Virus record (IMG/VR): IMGVR_UViG_3300013094_000017
Span: 62,001 to 126,000 of that record
Strand: one strand, 5' to 3'
DNA length: 64,000 nt
The notes under the pieces were generated by a model. That model saw only the letters and a program-made list of their open reading frames with translations, searched no databases and was not told where the DNA came from. The position numbers were made by a program, and so were the translations under genes. Below are positions 57,551 through 64,000 of the stretch, one piece after another; position 1 is the first letter of the stretch; every line of letters begins with the position of its first letter.

Positions 57551-57745
57551 ATGAGTTCAACCCAAGCAATCCAAGACGCAGTAGTAGCATTCGTAGCAGA
57601 AGACGCAAAGTTCACAGCAGGTAATTCAGCAGCAGGTACTCGCGCTCGTAAAGAGTTAGCTGAGTTAGGCAAGTTAGTTAAAGCTCGTCGCAATGAAATT
57701 ACCGCAGAAAAAAACGCTCGTAAAGAAGCTAAAGCTGCCAAGTAA
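57551..57745 (+). CDS. histone H1-like (Hc1 family) nucleoid protein
   Basis: KF.AGNSAAGTRARK.L.EL.K....R and a Lys/Ala tail; highly biased codons. Confidence 0.8.
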   Translation: MSSTQAIQDAVVAFVAEDAKFTAGNSAAGTRARKELAELGKLVKARRNEITAEKNARKEAKAAK

Positions 57746-57748
57746 TAG

Positions 57749-58195
57749 ATGTCTTGGACGTATCAAGGCATATTAGTCGAAACGCTACCTGAAGATTGTG
57801 TTGGTTATGTATATCTTATAACCTGCATACCTTCGGGGCGCAAGTATATTGGTAAGAAGCTGGCTAAGTTTGCAAAGACTTCTTACAAAACAGTAACATT
57901 AAAAAATGGTACTAAGAAAAAGAAAAAGATCCGCAGCAAGATTGACAGCGACTGGCAAGAATATTTTGGATCTAGTGTAGAGTTATCTGCTGATGTCTTA
58001 ACATTAGGGGTTGACCAGTTCACTCGAGAAATATTATACTACTGTAAGTCAAAAGCAGAATGTAGCTATCTTGAAGCACGCGAACAGTTTGAAAGAAAAG
58101 TTTTAGAATCCTCTGATTATTACAATGGTATAATCAGTTGTAAGATACATCAATCACACATTAAAAATTTAGACACCAAGTCACACTCCTACTAG
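57749..58195 (+). CDS. compact GIY-YIG-like nuclease
   Basis: GYVYLIT...RKYIGKK, YFGSS, FTREIL, YLEAREQ, YYN. Confidence 0.75.
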   Translation: MSWTYQGILVETLPEDCVGYVYLITCIPSGRKYIGKKLAKFAKTSYKTVTLKNGTKKKKKIRSKIDSDWQEYFGSSVELSADVLTLGVDQFTREILYYCKSKAECSYLEAREQFERKVLESSDYYNGIISCKIHQSHIKNLDTKSHSY

Positions 58196-58233
58196 AAAAC
58201 ACCAGCTAACGCAGTAAAATACAGTATAGACTA

Positions 58234-58657
58234 GCACCGGTAAATTTCGGGTGCCTTTAACCTGGATCTAAGATCTCAGGGGCGGAAATCTTTGCGCTGT
58301 ACAGAGTACTCAACCACTACCGAAAGATGAAGATCAGATATGCCTACACTAACTGATTTGGTTGTTTGAACAGGATAAATTAAAGGCTAAAAGAAGGGAG
58401 AAAAACCCTACGTTTGTGTGTATGTTTACGTATATACACAAGCCGCCGTCGTTATAAAGACGCAGCTCGAGGTACCGGACGACCGCCTCTGTAATGCTGT
58501 AACGTGAAGTGATTGCGATACTCAGATAATGCAATTTATGATCTTTGCCCGCCCTGGGCAAAGAGTGACCACTTAATCTAGATAATATCTTATGTCTTTC
58601 TTCGAAAGAAAAATTGCTCTGAGTGTTAACGAAAGAGCAAATGAGCGCAAGCTCATT
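58234..58657 (+). ncRNA. candidate large structured non-coding RNA (or structured DNA element)
   Basis: At least ten nested or tandem stem-loops across a ~500-nt intergenic gap; G-U pairs and a GCAA tetraloop favour the + strand. Confidence 0.6.
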
Positions 58658-58663
58658 ATAACA

Positions 58664-58671
58664 CATAAATA
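58664..58671 (+). promoter_or_regulatory. late promoter
   Basis: CATAAATA upstream of the gene at 58700. Confidence 0.55.
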
Positions 58672-58699
58672 AATTCATATTACCTATTAGGAATCGGAT

Positions 58700-59452
58700 A
58701 TGAGAATCGAAGAATTATTAGCTGAACAACAATTAGATGAGTTAGGTTGGAAGAATGGTACTCCCACAAATGATGATGGAACTCCTTTACCTAAGAGTGG
58801 TATTGCTCAGGGTGTAAACAAAGTAGCTGGTGGTATAGGTAAAGCTGTAGGAGGAGTTGCAGGTGCATGGCAAGCTGCTAAACAAGGATATCAAACAGGT
58901 AAAGCTGCTGTATCAGGGCAAGGATCAAATACTCCCACGCAACCTAATGCCCCTGCTGGTCAAGGATCTAATGTAACTACTGGTAATCAAACCTCACAAG
59001 GTGATACCCAAACAGTTGGTACTACTAAAACTGTAGGACAAACACAAACAACTCCCCAACCTAACACTGCAACTGCGCCTAGTGCGCCTGCTGGTCAAGA
59101 ACCTGCACCACCTGCTAATACAGCACAAGCTGATCAACAGGCTAAAGTTGGAGTAGGTCAAATCAATAAGATTATTCCCGGATTACGTACTCGTGATCTA
59201 CAAAGTCTTAAGAAAACTATTGATCAACGTATGCAAGCAATGAATAAAACTCCTAATCCTACTGGACAACAAACTCCTAATCAAGGTAATCAAACAGTGA
59301 CCGCTGCTAATACTGTAGCAAATGCACCTGCAGGACAACAATCTAATGTGGGTAAATTTTCTGGACAACCGGCGAATGTAACACAAGGCAATCCGTTAGC
59401 AATGGCAGAAAGCGCAGAATTCTACAGCAAGTTCCTAGGAAAGAATATTTAA
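58700..59452 (+). CDS. low-complexity protein, probable internal head/virion protein
   Basis: Late promoter, MRIEELLAE..LDE start, Gln/Thr/Pro-rich. Confidence 0.6.
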   Translation: MRIEELLAEQQLDELGWKNGTPTNDDGTPLPKSGIAQGVNKVAGGIGKAVGGVAGAWQAAKQGYQTGKAAVSGQGSNTPTQPNAPAGQGSNVTTGNQTSQGDTQTVGTTKTVGQTQTTPQPNTATAPSAPAGQEPAPPANTAQADQQAKVGVGQINKIIPGLRTRDLQSLKKTIDQRMQAMNKTPNPTGQQTPNQGNQTVTAANTVANAPAGQQSNVGKFSGQPANVTQGNPLAMAESAEFYSKFLGKNI

Positions 59453-60694
59453 ATGAGAATGTCGCAAATTATCAGCGAGTCGTATCTATACGAAGGGTTA
59501 GATAACAGTGCTACTCACACTATGCGTCTATGGGAAAATGCCGGTCGTAAGATTGTAGAAGCAAACTTAGACGCAGCAACTATTCAAAAAATATTCACAG
59601 CAGCAGAACAAGGTGCAAGTGCAGGTGGTGATAATCGTACCTTACTTGGCCTAGGTAAAGATGCTGCTACCGCTGTAAAATCAGCCTATGACGATCTAGT
59701 AAGCAAAGTACAAAATAGTGGCCCAATTAACGGCATTGATGCCAAATACGATCTGGCTGCTGAAAAATTAAAAGCTGCTACTGGTGGTGATCAAGGTGTG
59801 ATGAAGTATGTACAAAAGTATAGAGACTTTGCTAAAGCACACCCTATTGCACAAAGTTTAATCTATTCAGCATTAATAGCAGCCGCAGGTATTAGTGGTG
59901 CAGGAGCAGGTGGCGCAGCAGCACTAGGCTTGCTAAAAATGACCGACAAATTATTACAAGGTGAGAAATTTAGTACCTCAGTTGGTAAAGGTTTAGCCAC
60001 AGGCGGTATGGCATTTGCAGCTAGTAAGTTAGGTGATCTAATCAAAGGAGTTAAACCTGGCGAACAAGTTCCTCCACCAAGTGCAGGTGCAGCAGGTAAT
60101 CCAAACTATTCTAAGCTCGATTTTGCTCATAACGATTATTATCTAAGTCCAAGAGGTGATATGACGGTAGCAGTGCCTAAAGGATACGGTAGTCCTTGGC
60201 AAGAAGGAACAAAAGCGTTTGATATTCGCCAACAATTAGCAAATGCTAATTCAGCAAACGAAAGCATCAATTTATCTAAAGATGCCCTTGCAGAAGTGTT
60301 TGCCGCAGTTACAGTTAATATGATTAACGAAGGATTGTGGGATGCTGTTAAATCTAAAGTAGGCCAAGCAGCAGATGCAGTAGCAAGTAAAGCACAGCAA
60401 GTTGGTCAAAACTTAACTAACAAAGTTACAGCAGACAAGCTAAACAGTGCATGGCAAGCAGCAGGATCGCCTACCGATAGTGAACAGGTTAAACAGGTGT
60501 TAATCAATGCAGGTGTACCTGAAAATGTTGTTGCAGATGTTTATAAACAAATGAAGATTACTTCAGGTAACGATCGACCTAAATTAACTGTTAAACAGAT
60601 TAATCAAATTATTCTTAAATTAAGATTAAGAGATTTACAAAGTCTACAAAAATTTGTTAATGCTGCATTACAACAGCGAACAAAAACTTCTTAG
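59453..60694 (+). CDS. Ala-rich probable internal head/virion protein
   Basis: MRMSQIISE..LYEG start, internal INEG; shares the LR.RDLQSL motif with the upstream gene. Confidence 0.6.
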   Translation: MRMSQIISESYLYEGLDNSATHTMRLWENAGRKIVEANLDAATIQKIFTAAEQGASAGGDNRTLLGLGKDAATAVKSAYDDLVSKVQNSGPINGIDAKYDLAAEKLKAATGGDQGVMKYVQKYRDFAKAHPIAQSLIYSALIAAAGISGAGAGGAAALGLLKMTDKLLQGEKFSTSVGKGLATGGMAFAASKLGDLIKGVKPGEQVPPPSAGAAGNPNYSKLDFAHNDYYLSPRGDMTVAVPKGYGSPWQEGTKAFDIRQQLANANSANESINLSKDALAEVFAAVTVNMINEGLWDAVKSKVGQAADAVASKAQQVGQNLTNKVTADKLNSAWQAAGSPTDSEQVKQVLINAGVPENVVADVYKQMKITSGNDRPKLTVKQINQIILKLRLRDLQSLQKFVNAALQQRTKTS

Positions 60695-60909
60695 AAGAAC
60701 GGTAAACCACTTTCTTTAGTGGTTTCGAGATTGCTTTCGATTATCTTACTGATAGCTTCTCGATCTTGTAGGTCTAATTCGTAGGCTTCGGTTATAGTCA
60801 CACCTCCCCGCATAAACCAGCATATTCTAAATAAATCTTCTTTAACGGCTCTTGTTTCGTTTTCCATGTCCTTGACAAGCTGGTTGATCTCGTCAAGGGA
60901 TAATAACAA
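60691..60909 (-). CDS. gp51-like baseplate/tail assembly protein, possibly expressed by a -1 frameshift from the upstream gene
   Basis: 72 aa, CWFMRGG; TTG start without an obvious RBS; in the -1 frame of the gp26-like gene. Confidence 0.65.
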   Translation of the reverse strand: MLLSLDEINQLVKDMENETRAVKEDLFRICWFMRGGVTITEAYELDLQDREAISKIIESNLETTKESGLPFF

Positions 60910-60914
60910 AAGCC

Positions 60915-61781
60915 TTATGCGAAAAAATTTGATTGATCAAATATAATAGGAATTTCTATTTCCTCCGGAGAACCTGATGCAATCATATCATCTGTTGCAC
61001 GGACCTTTATCGGTTTAATAGAGTTTTTTTCTCTTAAATTATCTAATCTGTCTTTAATGGTATTAAAAATCTCTCGGTCACACTGATCGAAAAACTCTTT
61101 AATAAAATCAGTATCAGTGACCTGCCCAGAAGCTGTATCAATCCTGTACACTGATGATGTTACAATTCCTAACGTTACTTCAGTTAATTTATTAAAACTG
61201 TCTTTAAATAAATTTAGTTTTTCAGCTTCTGAAATAGTATCATCACTGACAATATTCATAATGCGTTGAGTTTCAAAAGTCTCTACTCCGGCCTTAGATA
61301 TTTCTTGATAAGTTAACGGTCGTACATAAGCAACTATGTTATCTCCTACTGTGATTTGTTCTTCCCAGGTAATTGTATTATATAAATTATCTAATAATAA
61401 TTGTAAATTAATTGAATAAGAAGCATCTTGCCCGAATACTGTTACTGTAGTCTCCATTTCTTCTCCGTAGGTAGCCATTCGAATTGCTATTAATAGTGCA
61501 TCGAGATCTAAATTTGGAGTTTTCCAAGCATCTTTAATATTAGGAATACAACTTTCCAATACATTAACAACTGCCTGGCCATTAAGCAATGCATCGGGAG
61601 TCTTTAATATTAGTTCATCTTTAGCTGTCATAGAATATACCGGGTATTCTCCGTTAGTAGAAATTTCTAAACTCCCCTCAGGCCAATATTGTCCGTTGCT
61701 TGGTAATTTAACATAAATCTTAGGTTGTCTCATTAAACTAGCCAATGGATTTACTTTAGGTTGTTGTGATGGGTTTTGCAT
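60915..61781 (-). CDS. gp26: baseplate hub assembly protein (gp26-like)
   Basis: YVKLPS.G, MTAKDELILKTPDALLNG, DLDALLIAIRMATYGE, C-terminal NFFA. Confidence 0.8.
   Translation of the reverse strand: MQNPSQQPKVNPLASLMRQPKIYVKLPSNGQYWPEGSLEISTNGEYPVYSMTAKDELILKTPDALLNGQAVVNVLESCIPNIKDAWKTPNLDLDALLIAIRMATYGEEMETTVTVFGQDASYSINLQLLLDNLYNTITWEEQITVGDNIVAYVRPLTYQEISKAGVETFETQRIMNIVSDDTISEAEKLNLFKDSFNKLTEVTLGIVTSSVYRIDTASGQVTDTDFIKEFFDQCDREIFNTIKDRLDNLREKNSIKPIKVRATDDMIASGSPEEIEIPIIFDQSNFFA
60921..60930 (-). promoter_or_regulatory. candidate -1 ribosomal frameshift site
   Basis: A AAT TTT TTC contains two overlapping X XXY YYZ heptamers, one codon before the stop. Confidence 0.6.
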
Positions 61782-61793
61782 ATATTATACTCC

Positions 61794-61827
61794 GATAAAT
61801 AACTATTGTAACGTATCTTTATTTATA
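61794..61827. promoter_or_regulatory. face-to-face late promoters for the tape measure gene (+) and gp26-like gene (-)
   Basis: GATAAATA (+, 61794-61801) and TATAAATA (-, 61820-61827). Confidence 0.6.
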
Positions 61828-61853
61828 TACATACATAACTCAAGGATTTAGCA

Positions 61854-64000
61854 ATGGCTAATGTAACAGGACAAATTGGACAAGAATCGGTAGTATTAGA
61901 AAACGCAGCCACAGAAGCTACGCTAAAACTACTATTACAAGCAGCTCTAGCCACTACCAAAGCACAAAAAGATGCGGTTAAAGATCTTGCTACTAAAGTA
62001 ATCGGTGATCCTGCTAAAGTTGAAGAATTTAATCAAGAGGTAAGTAAATCCGGAGGAGTTATAAGAACTACTGCTGGAGCTTTTGGCGGGCTTACTGCGG
62101 CTGGACAACAACTACAAGTTGGGTTTAACAAAACTGTTGACGTTGTAAGCAAATTAGTATCAGGAACAAACCAAGCAAGTGATGTGTTTGGTGCTATGAA
62201 AAATTTACCTCTCGGTATAGGATTAGTAGCCTCTGGATTTGAAATATTAGCAAAATATCAAGAACAACAATTAAAAGCATATCAATCGATGTCATCAGCA
62301 GGAGTAAACTTTGGTGGCAGCTTAAATGCAATGAAACTAGCTAGTTTAGAGTATGGAATGACCATGGAACAATTCTCTAATGTGATGAAAGAGAATGGTA
62401 AAGCATTTGCATTAATGGGCCCAACAGTTGAAGCTGGAAAAAATCAATTCTTAAAAATGAATAAGGAATTGATTAACGGTGATATAGGATTACAATTAAA
62501 AAATCTAGGATTAACCGCTGAGGATATATCAAACGGATTTGCAGGATTTATACAAATGCAAGGTGGGTTAGGTGCTACTCAGATTAAAGATCAAAAAGCA
62601 TTAGAAGAATCATTTCATAATTATACAAACGAATTAGATATGATGACTCGATTAACAGGTGAAACAAGAAAAGAACAACAAGATGCACAAGCCCAACTTA
62701 AAAATGATGCAGTCTTCCAAAATGAATTAAGCAAACTAGTTGCCTCTGGAAAAATAAACGAGGCAAATCAACTTAAATTCTTAGGTGAACAAGCTAAAAT
62801 AAAAGGTGCCGGAGCTTTTGATAATCTCATCGGCACGTTAACCAATACTCAACCAGTGACTGCTGCAGGAAGAGCATGGGCAGGGGTTCAGAGTGAACAA
62901 ACTAGGTTACAAGGGGAATCTGTTAAATTAGCTCTTGAAGGAAAATTAAATAGTCAACAAGCAGTTAAAAGCCAGTTAGAACAACAGGCTGCGATGGCAA
63001 AAACAACTACTGCGTTCGGAGCATCAGCTTCGGTAAACGCTAGAATGAATAATGAATACACAGAAGCGATGACTGCTGGGTTAAAAGCCGAATCAAATGT
63101 TAGATTGAAAGGGCTTAATACCCAAGAAGGTATAAACGCTGCAATGGTTGCGGCACAAAAAGAACAAGAAGATATTGCAAAAAAAGCCACAGAAGTTAAA
63201 GCCGCTAATGAACGACAAGAGGAAATGGCAAAACTATCTCAACATATAATGGAAACTTTAATCCCTATCATTAATCAAGCATTACCTCAAATGAACAAAT
63301 TTATTCAAGGATTTAGTGATGCAGTAAGTTGGATGAGTAAGAATGCTAATACATTAAAGTTGATAGGTGAATCTTTATTAGCAGCGTATGTTACTGCTAA
63401 AGCAGTTCAAGGAGCAAAAGCCGCATATGGAGTCGGATCTAAAGTAGCAGAATTTATTGGAGGTGGTAAAGGTGCCGCAGGAGTAGCAGAAGGAGCAATA
63501 TCAAAAGGACCGTTAGCCGCAGTTGAAGGCGCAGCAGGTGGTGGCGGAGGTATAGCAGGATTTATACGCAGCATGGGTATGGCATTAGCAGCACTTGGTC
63601 CCGAGGCTCCGTTAATTGCAGCCGGTGCAGCCGCAGTTGGAGCAGCTATAACATTAATCGGCGCAGGCATTGCAGGTGCAACATGGTTAATGGGCAAAGC
63701 ATTACCGTCACTAGCCTCAGGATTAAAAGCGTTTGGAGATATTGACGGAGTTAATTTAATCAAAGTAGGCGCAGGAATTGCAGCACTTGGATTAGGATTA
63801 GGAGCATTCGGTGCAGGCAGTGCATTAGCCGGTGCAGGCGGAGTAATTGAAGGATTAACATCTGGACTTGGTAAGTTATTTGGTGCTAAGAGTCCTATTG
63901 ACAAGATTAAAGAATATGCTGCATTAGGTCCAAGTTTAGAAAAATCTGGTATAGGTATAATGAAATTTAACACAGGATTAGCACAACTACTAGCCACCGA
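61854..64000 (+). CDS. tape measure protein (partial, runs off the window)
   Basis: ATG after AAGGA; MANVTGQIGQESVVLENAATEATL...; frame open at all positions checked up to the window end; Ala/Gly-rich helical and hydrophobic segments. Absent from the ORF track, presumably because there is no stop in the window. Confidence 0.8.
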   Translation, partial: MANVTGQIGQESVVLENAATEATLKLLLQAALATTKAQKDAVKDLATKVIGDPAKVEEFNQEVSKSGGVIRTTAGAFGGLTAAGQQLQVGFNKTVDVVSKLVSGTNQASDVFGAMKNLPLGIGLVASGFEILAKYQEQQLKAYQSMSSAGVNFGGSLNAMKLASLEYGMTMEQFSNVMKENGKAFALMGPTVEAGKNQFLKMNKELINGDIGLQLKNLGLTAEDISNGFAGFIQMQGGLGATQIKDQKALEESFHNYTNELDMMTRLTGETRKEQQDAQAQLKNDAVFQNELSKLVASGKINEANQLKFLGEQAKIKGAGAFDNLIGTLTNTQPVTAAGRAWAGVQSEQTRLQGESVKLALEGKLNSQQAVKSQLEQQAAMAKTTTAFGASASVNARMNNEYTEAMTAGLKAESNVRLKGLNTQEGINAAMVAAQKEQEDIAKKATEVKAANERQEEMAKLSQHIMETLIPIINQALPQMNKFIQGFSDAVSWMSKNANTLKLIGESLLAAYVTAKAVQGAKAAYGVGSKVAEFIGGGKGAAGVAEGAISKGPLAAVEGAAGGGGGIAGFIRSMGMALAALGPEAPLIAAGAAAVGAAITLIGAGIAGATWLMGKALPSLASGLKAFGDIDGVNLIKVGAGIAALGLGLGAFGAGSALAGAGGVIEGLTSGLGKLFGAKSPIDKIKEYAALGPSLEKSGIGIMKFNTGLAQLLAT

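Noticed and set aside
58279-58300. GGGGCGGAAA resembling a tmRNA 5' end or the RNase P GAGGAAAGUCC motif
   Set aside because: No GGATTCGAC, no T-loop/CCA 3' end and no complementary RNase P 3' motif.
58349-58678. 109-aa minus-strand ORF across the structured element
   Set aside because: No RBS or recognisable motif, atypical composition, and it lies opposite a region better explained by base pairing.
2076-60045. Numerous short opposite-strand or out-of-frame ORFs nested in larger genes (e.g. 2076-2300, 33295-33639, 42414-42860, 48044-48622)
   Set aside because: Fully overlapped by well-supported genes and lacking RBS or motifs; treated as shadow ORFs.
62954-63997. Minus-strand ORFs 62954-63190 and 63407-63997
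   Set aside because: Shadow frames of the + strand tape measure gene.
1-64000. tRNA, rRNA, integrase or transposase genes
   Set aside because: None recognised by eye; tRNAscan-SE or ARAGORN would be needed to exclude atypical tRNAs.

Overview
A 64-kb segment of a large, AT-rich T4-like (myovirus-type) phage genome in the standard genetic code. 1-20.3 kb (+) holds a 7-deazaguanine DNA-modification cluster (DpdL-type QueD paralogue, FolE, QueE). Interleaved with it are a GT-B glycosyltransferase, a truncated UDP-glucose dehydrogenase, a PRTase, MazG, MetK and an FkbM methyltransferase, followed by RNase H, a MoxR-type AAA+/VWA-metallopeptidase pair, DHFR and thymidylate synthase. 20.3-51.7 kb (-) is the tail/baseplate module: four paralogous fibre proteins, a 4270-aa wedge protein, and gp6, gp25, gp5, hub, gp53 and gp54/48-like genes. 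51.8-60.7 kb (+) carries gp55, gp47 and gp46, a histone-like protein, a GIY-YIG protein, a ~430-nt highly structured non-coding element and two probable internal head proteins. The window ends with gp51/gp26-like genes (-) and a partial tape measure gene (+) that the ORF track missed. Five free-standing homing endonuclease genes are inserted. Best leads: (1) the structured ncRNA-like element behind Hc1 + GIY-YIG; (2) a possible glycosylated or pre-replicative 7-deazaguanine pathway; (3) a candidate programmed -1 frameshift joining the gp26-like and gp51-like genes; (4) an HNH cassette that replaced the 3' end of folE and left the old end stranded downstream. All family calls come from motif recognition by eye; no database searches were run.
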